A DNA stretch of 64,000 bases from an uncultured Candidatus Rokubacteria bacterium (lineage in GTDB: Bacteria; Methylomirabilota; Methylomirabilia; Rokubacteriales; DASRDR01), in NCBI GenBank assembly GCA_963805625.1, contig CAWDVE010000016.1, positions 352,001-416,000 on the forward strand. Direction: 5' to 3'. The notes under the pieces were generated by a model. That model was not told the origin of the DNA, did not search any database, and saw nothing but the letters and a program-made list of their open reading frames with translations. Each line of letters starts with the position of its first letter. Positions within the stretch are counted from its first letter, which is position 1. The position numbers were made by a program, and so were the translations under genes. Positions 9,538 through 19,070 of the stretch are shown one piece after another.

Positions 9538-10553
9538 GCGGTCCACGGTCGTGCCACGACCACGGTGACGTCGTCGTGGGGGCGTTTGAAGTCTCGATAC
9601 AGGATGCCGGCGATCACGGCAGGGTGATGGCGGATCACCCCGCGATAGGACTCGAGGTTCCAGCGAGACGTCAGCCCGTCGCTCTGCAGCACCAGGGTGG
9701 CCCCCTCCGGCCATGGGTAGGTAAACTCCTGGATCCTTCGCACCTCGTGGCCGAGGATTCCGTGATGGGACACCAGCACCCGCGGCCGGTCTCCGCCCAT
9801 CACTTGGCACGCGATGTTTCCGACCCCTGCGTAGACAAGGTTCCCGCGGCTAGGGTCGATCGCGGCTACCGCCGCCGCGGCGCCCCGTGTGGGTCTGAGT
9901 CCGCGGTGGAGACGCTCCATCATCTCGGCAGGCCCGAGCACGGGATCCTCCCGGAAGAGGCGGCATGCCTCCTGGGCCACATCGAACGCTCCAGGGCCGT
10001 GCCCGAGGCCGTCGACGACGAGAATGAGGCGAGAGCCTTCCGGATTTTCACGGACTGCCCACGCGTCTCCACAGACGTCTTCGCCCCGTTTCGCAATGGA
10101 AATGCCTGCGACCTGGAGCGTTGGCTGCCCGGCGCTACTCGCTCGAGACCGCGCCCGGAGCACGGCGACGAGGGCGGTGCCGGCAGCCCGCCCCGAGTAA
10201 ACATCGAACTCGGATGACGCGCGACGGATCGCGCCCAGGCCGGTGCCGGGGGAGCCTGCAGACGAGTACCCATCACGGAGGGCGGCTTCCAGATCGGAGA
10301 TGCCGGGGCCACGATCGAGTGCCAGGATCTCGATGCCGGCTGCATCACCGTTCCCGAAAGAGCGAACGAGGATCTCGCCTCCACCGGCGTGCTTGAGGAG
10401 GTTCGTGGCGAGCTCGGTGACCACCAGCGCCACCCGGCCGACGTCGGACTCATCGAAGCCTAGCTTGACGGCCAGCGAGGTGGCGCGCCGGCGGGCCTCC
10501 GCGGTGGCGCTGGGGTCGTTCACACCGGTGCCGAACGATTCGATCATTTCCAT
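9534..10553 (-). CDS. rsbX: Anti-sigma kinase-like domain plus SpoIIE/PP2C phosphatase (RsbX-like)
   Basis: VTELATNLLKH, DRGPGI, then CGD, VDGLGHG, SDGL, DDVTVVV PP2C motifs. Confidence 0.85.
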   Translation of the reverse strand: MEMIESFGTGVNDPSATAEARRRATSLAVKLGFDESDVGRVALVVTELATNLLKHAGGGEILVRSFGNGDAAGIEILALDRGPGISDLEAALRDGYSSAGSPGTGLGAIRRASSEFDVYSGRAAGTALVAVLRARSRASSAGQPTLQVAGISIAKRGEDVCGDAWAVRENPEGSRLILVVDGLGHGPGAFDVAQEACRLFREDPVLGPAEMMERLHRGLRPTRGAAAAVAAIDPSRGNLVYAGVGNIACQVMGGDRPRVLVSHHGILGHEVRRIQEFTYPWPEGATLVLQSDGLTSRWNLESYRGVIRHHPAVIAGILYRDFKRPHDDVTVVVARPWTA

Positions 10554-10948
10554 CGCGTGATGATCACGCGGGTGCCCTCGCCGACGCGCGACTCGATCGA
10601 GAAATCGCTCGACAGCCGACGGGCCCCCCCCAGGCCTAGGCCTAGGCCATTGCCACTCGTGAAGCCATCCTCGAGCGCTCGCTTGACATCGGCGATGCCA
10701 GGACCCTTGTCCTCGAAGACCACGCGCAATCCGCGCCGGGCGCCGTCGAGCAAGGACTCCAACCTGGCGGTCCCGCCCCCGCCGTAGTCCACCGTGTTCC
10801 GTGCCAGTTCGCTGGCCGCTGTGACGACCTTCGTCTGATCGATCAGGCTGAACCCAAGATCGATCGCCCACCCACGCACGAGCTGACGCACACGTACCAC
10901 GTCGTCGGACGCGCGGAGCGGAAGGGTCTCAGTGCGCTGAACGACCAT
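10544..10948 (-). CDS. rsbT: Stressosome serine/threonine kinase RsbT
   Basis: VTAASELARN, DKGPGI, GLGLGLGGARRL. Confidence 0.95.
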   Translation of the reverse strand: MVVQRTETLPLRASDDVVRVRQLVRGWAIDLGFSLIDQTKVVTAASELARNTVDYGGGGTARLESLLDGARRGLRVVFEDKGPGIADVKRALEDGFTSGNGLGLGLGGARRLSSDFSIESRVGEGTRVIITRWK

Positions 10949-11315
10949 CCGGACTTTCCGCCCCGAGCAGTTCCCGCAGCAGCGTCATCCCACGCTCCAC
11001 CGAGAGCGCGGTGCGTACTCCGGGCAGGGAGAGGCCGAGCTCGACGAGGGTGATGGCGACCGCCGGCCGCATCCCGACGACCACTGTGTGGGCATCGAGA
11101 ATGCGGGCCGTCGCGGCGATGTTACCGATCATGCGGCCGATGAAGGAGTCAACGATCTCCAGCGTCGAGATGTCGATCAGGACGCCGTGGGCGCGGTGCT
11201 GGACAATGCGTTCGGTGAGATCGTCCTGAAGCGCCAGGGCGAGCTGGTCGTGCATGTCGACCTGGATCGAGACCAGGAGGTAGTCCCCCATCTTGAGGAT
11301 CGGGATCCGTTCCAT
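10929..11315 (-). CDS. rsbS: Stressosome STAS protein RsbS
   Basis: MERIPILKM, IDISTLEIVDSFIGR, VGMRPAVAITLVELG. Confidence 0.95.
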   Translation of the reverse strand: MERIPILKMGDYLLVSIQVDMHDQLALALQDDLTERIVQHRAHGVLIDISTLEIVDSFIGRMIGNIAATARILDAHTVVVGMRPAVAITLVELGLSLPGVRTALSVERGMTLLRELLGAESPDGRSAH

Positions 11316-11327
11316 TCGGAAGGCCGC

Positions 11328-12185
11328 TCAGGCCCGACCGGGCGATCGCACGACGGCCAGCCCCTGCCGGCTGAGCGCGATGGCGAGCGCGTCGGCCAGG
11401 GTGGCCTTGGTCGTCACGTCGCCGAGGGCAACGCCGAGGTGGACGATCGTCTGGGCAATCTGGGGACGGATGCCACTGATGATGCAGTCGGCGCCCATCA
11501 GCCGTGCGGCGGCCACCGTCTTCAAGAGATGCTGGGCGACCAGCGTGTCGACGGTGGGCACCCCGGTTATGTCGATGATTGCGATGCCCGCGCCGGTCTC
11601 GACGATCCTCTGGAGGAGACTCTCCATGACGACCTGGGTGCGTGCGCTGTCGAGCGTGCCGATGAGGGGGAGGGCGAGGATCCCGTCCCACAGCCGCACC
11701 ACCGGTGTCGACAGCTCGAGCATCTCCTCCTGCTGCCTACCGATGACCTCTTCTCGCACCTTCTGATGGACTTCCGTCGTGTAGAGGCCCAGGCGGTCGA
11801 GGAGCTGGGTGGCCGCCCACACCTCGGAGGCGAGCCTCTCGACGTCCTTGCCGAGGTCCTGACGCAGGCGGTCGAATAGGGGCTGCTTGAGCGAGAAGAC
11901 AAAAGTCGCGGTCTCTGACGGACTAAAGCCCTGTCGCGTGCGCGCCCGTGAAAGATCAGTCAGCACGTCCCGCACCGCCGCCCACTCGGTACGATCGATG
12001 TCGGTGAAGTTTCCCGTGACAGTGGCCTCGCCGAGCGCCTTGAGGAACTGCTCTGCCGCTTCGCGCTCCTCGCGCTCGTCACCCGCTCGGTGACCAAGCA
12101 CTTCTCGCTGCTGCCGAAGCCAATCGGTGACGAGGGCCGAGTGGTGGTTCTTCAGGGTCTCCGGCAGGCGAGACTTGGCATTCAT
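11328..12185 (-). CDS. rsbR: Stressosome sensor RsbR (RsbRD-type N-terminal domain plus STAS)
   Basis: GFSPSETATFVFSLK, ELSTPVV, PLIGTLDSAR, DITGVPTVDT; start at MNAKSRL after GGAGAGG. Confidence 0.95.
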   Translation of the reverse strand: MNAKSRLPETLKNHHSALVTDWLRQQREVLGHRAGDEREEREAAEQFLKALGEATVTGNFTDIDRTEWAAVRDVLTDLSRARTRQGFSPSETATFVFSLKQPLFDRLRQDLGKDVERLASEVWAATQLLDRLGLYTTEVHQKVREEVIGRQQEEMLELSTPVVRLWDGILALPLIGTLDSARTQVVMESLLQRIVETGAGIAIIDITGVPTVDTLVAQHLLKTVAAARLMGADCIISGIRPQIAQTIVHLGVALGDVTTKATLADALAIALSRQGLAVVRSPGRA

Positions 12186-12602
12186 GGCGTCAGTTCCTCT
12201 CCGGTAAAAGACGGGTGAAAGCTGCTGCTGGGGAGATCGGCTCGCATTCCCTCCGGTCGTGTCTGGCAGCCAAGAACAGAGCTGAGCTGCCCGCCAGCGC
12301 ACGCATCCATAGCTGGCGAGATCGGGAGGGGAGACCCTTCGACGGAAGGAGCGCGCCCCACGCCGGATTGTCGCCAGCGCGACATGATGTCGTTGCAGGG
12401 GCTCCCCGCCGGCCTGTGCCCCCGCCCCAGGGCGCGCATCTTCGGCCGAATCCGGGAGCCACACCCACTGCACAGCAAGGTCCGGGCCCAGTTGTAGGCG
12501 GCGTCTCGGACGGCTTGATTTCGACCGCGCACTCCATGATCATCGCGGGGGGCACCCCGCCGGGGAGGTCCCAGCCAGATCACAAACAACCGGGAGGCCC
12601 CG

Positions 12603-13775
12603 ATGGAGACCGCGGATGTCGTCGTCATCGGCGGCGGCGTCATGGGGACCAGCATCGCCTTCAATCTGGCCCGCCGGCGCGCGGGCCGCGTGGTGCTGCT
12701 CGAGAAGGCCACGGTCTGCTCGGGCACGTCGGCGAAGTCGTCGGCCATCGTCCGGACCCACTACACCACCCGCCCGACCGCCCAGATGGCGCTTCTGGCC
12801 CGCGGGATCTTCGAGCGCTGGGCCGACGAGGTGGGTGGGGAGTCCGGCTTCGTGCGCACCGGCATGCTCTTCGTGGGGCCGCCGGAAAGCCGGGACCGGG
12901 TCGAGCGCACTCTCCGGATGAACCAGGAAGTGGGCATCGAGGCGAGCCTGATCGGGCCCGACGACGTGCGCCACATCAGCCCGCATCTCCGGATCCCCGA
13001 GGGTGCGGCCGTGGTCTGGGAGCCCCGATCGGGATACGGCAGCCCCCACGAGGTGGCGTCGAGCTTCGCGCGGCGGTTCACCGAGCTCGGCGGAGAGCTG
13101 CGTCAGTCGACCCCGGTCACGGGCATCGACACGCAGGGTGGGCGGGTCCGGGTGGTGCGCACCCCGCGGGGAGAGATCACCGCCGGCCACGTCGTGATCG
13201 CGGCCGGCCCCTGGGCACGGCCGGTCGGGCGGCTGGCGGGCCTGGAGCTCCCGGTCACGCCGAGCCGGGAATCGATCGTCACGCTGCGGCCGACCTTCGA
13301 CTGGAGCCCGTTTCATCCGGTCACGGGGGATCTGGCCAACGAGGTGTACCTCCGCCCGGAGACCGGCGGGCTGATCCTGGTCGGCAGCACGCGGGACACC
13401 ATCGTCCCGGGGGACCCCGACGCGTATGAGGATCGCCCCGGCGCCGACCACACGACCGAGGTCGTGACCCGGCTCGCCCGCCTGATGCCGGGCGCCGCCA
13501 GCGCCGCCATCACGGGCGGCTGGTCGGGGATGTACGAGGTCAGCCCCGACTGGAACCCGATCATGGGGACCGCGGCGGGCGTGACCGGCCTCCACTACGC
13601 CGTCGGGTTCTCGGGCCACGGTTTCAAGCTCTCGCCGGTGGTGGGGATCCTGATGGCCGAGCAGGTCCTGGACGGCCGCGCCCGGACCGTCGACATCACG
13701 CCCTACCGTCTCGAGCGGTTCCAGGAAGGTCAGGAGCTGCGCGTCGCCTACCAGGGCGCGGGCGTGATGGGATAG
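12603..13775 (+). CDS. FAD-dependent oxidoreductase (DAO/sarcosine oxidase beta family)
   Basis: VVIGGGVMG, SPDWNPIMG, GFSGHGFKLSP. Confidence 0.92.
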   Translation: METADVVVIGGGVMGTSIAFNLARRRAGRVVLLEKATVCSGTSAKSSAIVRTHYTTRPTAQMALLARGIFERWADEVGGESGFVRTGMLFVGPPESRDRVERTLRMNQEVGIEASLIGPDDVRHISPHLRIPEGAAVVWEPRSGYGSPHEVASSFARRFTELGGELRQSTPVTGIDTQGGRVRVVRTPRGEITAGHVVIAAGPWARPVGRLAGLELPVTPSRESIVTLRPTFDWSPFHPVTGDLANEVYLRPETGGLILVGSTRDTIVPGDPDAYEDRPGADHTTEVVTRLARLMPGAASAAITGGWSGMYEVSPDWNPIMGTAAGVTGLHYAVGFSGHGFKLSPVVGILMAEQVLDGRARTVDITPYRLERFQEGQELRVAYQGAGVMG

Positions 13776-13825
13776 CTCGCACCCTGGCGTAGTCCCCTCC
13801 GCACCGACCGAGAGACGGAGACGAC

Positions 13826-14776
13826 GTGGACAAGGGCTGGATCCTGGTCGAGCTGTTGCCCCAGCAGCTGATCAACGGTCTCACGATCGGCTCCGTCTAT
13901 GCCCTGATCGCGCTCGGCTACACCATGGTCTACGGCGTCCTCCAGCTCATCAACTTCGCCCACGGGGACCTGTTCATGCTGGGGGCGATGGTCGCCGTCT
14001 TCGTGCTGGCCGGGATGGCCGTCACCGAAGGGCTCGCGCTGGGCCTGGCGATCCCACTGCTCGTCGGCGTCTTCCTCGTCTCGATGACCCTGATCGCGGT
14101 CCTCGGCGTCACCATCGAGCGGGTGGCCTACCGCCCCCTCCGCAACGCCTCGCGGCTGGCGCCCCTCATCAGCGCGCTGGGCGTCTCGGTGTTCCTCGAG
14201 AACGCCACGATGAACGTGGTGGGCCCGGGCCCTCGGTTCTTCCCCGAGCTCATTCCCGCCACCGAGTTCGTGATCTTGGGCGTCACGATCCAGGACCGGC
14301 AGATCCTCATTCTGCTTGTGGCGACCGCGCTGATGGTATGGCTCCACTACCTCGTCAACCACACCACGTTCGGACTCGCCGTGCGGGCGACAGCCGAGGA
14401 CAAGGACGCCGCAAGCCTCATGGGCATCGAGATCGACCGGGTGATCGCGATGGTGTTCGTGCTCGGCCCGGCCCTGGGCGCGGCCGCGGGCGTGCTCTTC
14501 GCGATGTTCTACGGCGTGGTGATCTGGAACGTCGGCTTCCTGGCCGGGATCAAGGCGTTCACGGCGGCCGTGCTCGGCGGGATCGGCAACATTCCGGGCG
14601 CCATGCTCGGAGGCCTCCTGCTCGGCCTCATCGAGACCTTCGGCGCGGGATACCTGCCCATCCTGACCCATGACGTGATCGGCCCGGAGTACAAGGACAT
14701 CTTCGCGTTCATCATCCTGATCCTCGTGCTCATCTTCCGGCCCATGGGCATCCTGGGCGAGCGGGTCGCGCGATGA
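13826..14776 (+). CDS. livH: Branched-chain amino acid ABC permease LivH
   Basis: QQLINGLTIGSVYALIALGYTMVYG, KAFTAAVLGGIG. Confidence 0.95.
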   Translation: MDKGWILVELLPQQLINGLTIGSVYALIALGYTMVYGVLQLINFAHGDLFMLGAMVAVFVLAGMAVTEGLALGLAIPLLVGVFLVSMTLIAVLGVTIERVAYRPLRNASRLAPLISALGVSVFLENATMNVVGPGPRFFPELIPATEFVILGVTIQDRQILILLVATALMVWLHYLVNHTTFGLAVRATAEDKDAASLMGIEIDRVIAMVFVLGPALGAAAGVLFAMFYGVVIWNVGFLAGIKAFTAAVLGGIGNIPGAMLGGLLLGLIETFGAGYLPILTHDVIGPEYKDIFAFIILILVLIFRPMGILGERVAR

Positions 14777-14798
14777 CGAGGCGCGCCGAGCGACGGGT

Positions 14799-16775
14799 AT
14801 GACCACGTTCAACCAGGCGATGAGCGTGCCGCTCCGCGCCGTCGCGGGGTGGAGCCGGGTGAAGAAGGTCGTCTTGCTGCTCGTGCTGGCGGCGCTCCCG
14901 CTCTACCTCGGTGCGGTCATGGCCGCGATCGGGACGGTCGTGCCCTTGAACTTCTTTCAGGCGGGCGAGCGGTACATGTTCCGGGTGCTCGATCAGGCAG
15001 GCATCTACATCCTGCTGGCCCTAGGGCTGAACGTCGTCGTCGGCTACGCGGGGCTCCTCGACCTGGGATACGTGGCGTTCTACGCCATCGGGGCTTACTC
15101 CTACGCGCTCCTGGCCTCGCCGCAGCTCGGGCTGCACATCCCCTTCTGGGTGGTGCTGCCGCTGGCGCCGCTCCTGGCCGCCCTCTTCGGAGTGCTGCTC
15201 GGCGCGCCCACGCTCAGGCTGCGCGGCGACTACCTCGCGATCGTGACGCTCGGGTTCGGCGAGGTGATCCGCATCCTCCTCAACAACCTCGATGCGATCA
15301 CGAACGGCCCCCGCGGGGTCATCAACATCGATCCGGCGACGCTCGACCCGGCGCACCTCGACCCCAAGTCGGTCGCGACCGCCAAGCTCCTGCTCTACCC
15401 GAAGCTGCCCGATCTGATCCACAACCTGCCGCTGACCCTGTCGTCCCCCGTCCAGTACTACTACCTGGTCCTCATCCTCTGCATCGGTGCCGTCTTCTTC
15501 TCGTACCGGCTCGAGGGCTCGCGGATCGGGCGCGCCTGGGCCGCCATCCGCGAGGACGAGGACGCCGCCCAAACCATGGGGATCAACAAGACGACGACGA
15601 AGCTCCTGGCCTTCGCCATGGGCGCGAGCACGGCAGGGTTCTCCGGGGTGATCTTCTCGAGTCTCCAGGGGTTCGTCAGCCCGGAGAGCTTCATCCTGCT
15701 GGAGTCGATCACGATCCTGGCGATGATCGTGCTGGGGGGTATGGGCAGCATTCCGGGTGTCGTGCTGGGCGCGATCATCCTCGTCGTGGTGCCCGAGGTC
15801 CTGCGCGAATACGCGCAGTACCGGCTGACGATCTTCGGCTTCGGCCTGACCCTGATGATGCTCGTTCGCCCGCAGGGCCTGTGGCCGGTGCGCGTGCGGC
15901 CGTCGGCGATGCCGGACGCCGCGGGCACCGGTCCGGAGCCGACGTCGGAGCGGGCGGCTCCACGCGTGGAGCTCCTGCCCGGTGCGATCGTCGAGTCGTC
16001 GGGGGCGCCGCGCGCAGGGTTCCTGGCGATCGACGGCGTCAGCAAGAGCTTCGGCGGGCTGCGGGCCGTGAGCCACGTGTCGTTCTCGGTGGCGCGTGGC
16101 CAGCTGGTTGCGGTCATCGGACCCAACGGCGCCGGGAAGACCACCCTGTTCAATCTGATCACCGGCGTCTATCCGGTGACGGCGGGTGTCATCCGATTCG
16201 CGGGGCGAGAGCTGCAGGGCCTGCCTCCCCACGAGGTGACCGCGCTCGGTGTCGCCCGGACCTACCAGAACATCCGGCTCTTCCGCGGGATGTCGGTCCT
16301 GGACAACGTCCTGGTCGGGTCGCACTGCCGCACGGCCGCCGGCGTGTTCGACGCCATGCTCCACACCCGCCGGGCCGGGCGCGAGGAGCGGGAGAGCCGA
16401 GACCGCGCGCGGGCGCTGCTCGACTTCTTCGGGATCCTCAAGTACGAGGCGCAGCTCGCGATGAACCTGCCCTACGGGGATCAGCGCCGCCTCGAGATTG
16501 CGCGCGCCCTCGCGACGCGTCCGGCGCTCCTCTTGCTGGACGAGCCGGCCGCCGGCATGAACCCCGCCGAGACCCTCGAGCTGATCGCGCTGATCCGGCG
16601 CATCCGGGACCTCGGCGTCACCGTCGTGCTCGTCGAGCACGACATGAAGGTCGTCATGCAGGTCTCGGAGAACATCGTGGTCCTCGACCACGGCGAGAAG
16701 ATCGCCGAGGGGTCCCCGGCCCAGATCCAGCGTGATCCGCGCGTGATCGAGGCCTATCTCGGGAAAGCCAGTTGA
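14799..16775 (+). CDS. livM: Fused LivM permease / LivG ATPase
   Basis: LRLRGDYLAIVTLGFGE permease followed in frame by GPNGAGKTT and LLLDEPAAG. Confidence 0.92.
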   Translation: MTTFNQAMSVPLRAVAGWSRVKKVVLLLVLAALPLYLGAVMAAIGTVVPLNFFQAGERYMFRVLDQAGIYILLALGLNVVVGYAGLLDLGYVAFYAIGAYSYALLASPQLGLHIPFWVVLPLAPLLAALFGVLLGAPTLRLRGDYLAIVTLGFGEVIRILLNNLDAITNGPRGVINIDPATLDPAHLDPKSVATAKLLLYPKLPDLIHNLPLTLSSPVQYYYLVLILCIGAVFFSYRLEGSRIGRAWAAIREDEDAAQTMGINKTTTKLLAFAMGASTAGFSGVIFSSLQGFVSPESFILLESITILAMIVLGGMGSIPGVVLGAIILVVVPEVLREYAQYRLTIFGFGLTLMMLVRPQGLWPVRVRPSAMPDAAGTGPEPTSERAAPRVELLPGAIVESSGAPRAGFLAIDGVSKSFGGLRAVSHVSFSVARGQLVAVIGPNGAGKTTLFNLITGVYPVTAGVIRFAGRELQGLPPHEVTALGVARTYQNIRLFRGMSVLDNVLVGSHCRTAAGVFDAMLHTRRAGREERESRDRARALLDFFGILKYEAQLAMNLPYGDQRRLEIARALATRPALLLLDEPAAGMNPAETLELIALIRRIRDLGVTVVLVEHDMKVVMQVSENIVVLDHGEKIAEGSPAQIQRDPRVIEAYLGKAS

Positions 16776-17533
16776 CGGCGGCACCCTCCACCCACGGCGT
16801 GCCGGCGCCGGCTAGCACGGGGCCGATCCTCGAGGCGCGGGATCTGGTGGCCGGATACGGCCAGATTCGCGCGCTCAAGGGCATCTCCTTCCAGGTCGGC
16901 GACGGGCAGGTGGTGGCGCTCATCGGCGCCAACGGGGCGGGCAAATCGACCACGCTCCGGGTGCTGTCCGGACTCATCCGCGCCCAGGAGGGTCAAGTCC
17001 GGCTGCGCGGCGAGGACATCGCGCGAGCGACTCCCGCCGAGATCGTTCGCCGGGGCGTCGTGCACTGCCCGGAAGGCCGCCGGATCTTCACGCGGCTGTC
17101 CGTCCTCGAGAACCTCCGCCTCGGACACTACACGCGGCGCAAGACCGCCGACGAGGCCGCCGCCCTCGAGCGGGTGTTCACGCTGTTCCCGATCCTCCGG
17201 GAGCGGCGCACGCAGTTCGGGGGAACCCTGTCGGGCGGGGAGCAGCAGATGCTGGCCATGGGCCGCGCGCTGATGACGACGCCGAAGATCCTGCTGCTGG
17301 ACGAGCCGTCACTGGGGCTCGCACCGCTCCTGGTCCAGCAGATCTTCCAGACCATCCAGGAGATCAACCGGCAGGGCACCGTCGTGCTGCTCGTGGAACA
17401 GAACGCCAACCTCGCGCTCCGGATGGCGGACCGCGCGTACGTCCTTGAGGCCGGACGGATCGTCCTCGAGGGAGGCGGCGCGGAGCTCCTGGCGAACGAC
17501 GCGGTCCGGAAAGCCTACCTCGGCGAGGTCTAG
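16772..17533 (+). CDS. livF: Branched-chain amino acid ABC ATPase LivF
   Basis: GANGAGKST, LSGGEQQMLAMGRAL, LLDEPSLGLAP. Confidence 0.95.
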   Translation: MTAAPSTHGVPAPASTGPILEARDLVAGYGQIRALKGISFQVGDGQVVALIGANGAGKSTTLRVLSGLIRAQEGQVRLRGEDIARATPAEIVRRGVVHCPEGRRIFTRLSVLENLRLGHYTRRKTADEAAALERVFTLFPILRERRTQFGGTLSGGEQQMLAMGRALMTTPKILLLDEPSLGLAPLLVQQIFQTIQEINRQGTVVLLVEQNANLALRMADRAYVLEAGRIVLEGGGAELLANDAVRKAYLGEV

Positions 17534-17565
17534 GGCGGCGTGCCTGACCCGGGCCCAAGACGGCG

Positions 17566-17608
17566 TCGGCCCGCCGGGACGCTCGTCGCGAGCGCTCCGG
17601 CGGGCCGA
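17566..17608. terminator. Long GC-rich hairpin between convergent livF and livK-like genes
   Basis: TCGGCCCGCCGG...CCGGCGGGCCGA 12-bp outer stem plus inner CGCTCG/CGAGCG stem; no poly-U tract. Confidence 0.55.
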
Positions 17609-17665
17609 TCCGCGGAGCGGAGGATAGCCTTCAGGCGGTGCGGGGGTGGCCCGCCCGCCGCCCGA

Positions 17666-18850
17666 TCACTCCTTCCACTGCTCGACCAGCGTGATGGCGC
17701 CCTTCTCGACCGTGTAGATGTACAGCGGCCCGTTGATGACGTCGCCGTTGTCGTCGAACTTGTACTCGGGGATCAGGAGACCGGGGACCGACGACTTGTG
17801 CAGGACGTCGATGATCTTGTTCTTGTCGGTGCTGCCCGCCTTCTGGATCGCATTGGCCACGATGTTGGCGAAGTCGTAGCCGTAGCTGTCGTAGTTCGCT
17901 GGGTCGGCTCCGTACTTCGCCTTGAACTTCTCGGCAAACGCCTTGACCTTCGGCGGGGCCTGGGGGCCGGTGTGGGGCGGGGCCTGGAAGGTGAAGTACA
18001 CGGCCTCGAGGTCCGACTTCTTGTCAACCGCCGCCCCCGCCGTCTTGATCATGCCGTTGTCGAACCAGCCGTCGCAGCCGATGATCGGCTTCTTGTACCC
18101 GAGCTGGCGGGCCTGCTTGACCATCAGGCCGATCGAGGTGGGGAAGTTGGAGCAGTAGACGATCGCGTCCGGGTTCTCGGTCTTGACGATCTTCGTCAGG
18201 ACCGCCGTGTAGTCGACGTCGTTGCGCTCGACGCCCCCGTACGACGAGACGGAGCCACCGGCCTTCTCGATCGTGGCCTTCGCGACGTCGGTCACGCCCT
18301 GGCCGAACGCCTGCTTGTCGTTGAGGAGCGCGACCTTCTTGGCCTTGAGCTTCCGCATGGCGTAGGCCACGCCGGCCTTGCCCTGGACATTGTCGTTGGC
18401 GATCGGCCGGAAGAGGTTCTTGAATCCTTGCTGGGTGATCGTCGGGTTGGAGGACAGGGTCACCATCGGTAGGTTGACCTTGTTGATGATCGGCGCGCCG
18501 GCGATCGTCGTGCCCGAGCACACGTGCCCGATGAAGACGACGTTCTTCGCGTCGTCGGCGATCTTGGTGGCCACCGTTCCCGCCTGCTTCGGGTCGCAGG
18601 CGTCGTCCTCCGTCACGACGACGAACTTCCGCCCGAGGACGCCACCCTTGGCGTTCCATTCCTCGAAGGCGAGCTGAATGCCTTTGAGGTACCCTTGCCC
18701 GAACTGGGCGGCGTCTCCCGTCAGCGGGCCTGCCCACGCGATCTGGATCGGGGCGGGTGCTTGCTGGGCCGGGGCGGTCAGCGCCACTCCCAGCACGAGG
18801 ACGAGAGCCGCGAGGCACCAGACGACTCGCGAGGTGAGACACGCACGCAT
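17666..18850 (-). CDS. livK: Branched-chain amino acid ABC substrate-binding protein (LivJ/K family)
   Basis: Signal peptide, AGPLTGDAAQFG, EDDACDPKQA, GHVCSG; AAAGGGGG RBS. Confidence 0.92.
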   Translation of the reverse strand: MRACLTSRVVWCLAALVLVLGVALTAPAQQAPAPIQIAWAGPLTGDAAQFGQGYLKGIQLAFEEWNAKGGVLGRKFVVVTEDDACDPKQAGTVATKIADDAKNVVFIGHVCSGTTIAGAPIINKVNLPMVTLSSNPTITQQGFKNLFRPIANDNVQGKAGVAYAMRKLKAKKVALLNDKQAFGQGVTDVAKATIEKAGGSVSSYGGVERNDVDYTAVLTKIVKTENPDAIVYCSNFPTSIGLMVKQARQLGYKKPIIGCDGWFDNGMIKTAGAAVDKKSDLEAVYFTFQAPPHTGPQAPPKVKAFAEKFKAKYGADPANYDSYGYDFANIVANAIQKAGSTDKNKIIDVLHKSSVPGLLIPEYKFDDNGDVINGPLYIYTVEKGAITLVEQWKE

Positions 18851-19070
18851 GATCAGGTCCCCCTTTGTTGTGAGTGAGCTTGACGCCGTACGCCGTTGTG
18901 GCGCGCCCCCCAGGACTCGGGCCGGGGTGACTCGTGTGGGATAGCGCCTCCCTGCCATCGGGCCTGCATGGGCCAGGTTGCGGGGATTCTACGGCGGGCC
19001 TCCGGGCAGGGTCAAGCGGGGGGATGGTAGCGGGCGTGAGCCCATTCACACGAACGACCGGAGGGGACCT

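Noticed and set aside
14799-16775. LivM-LivG fusion as a novelty
   Set aside because: This fusion is common in bacteria.
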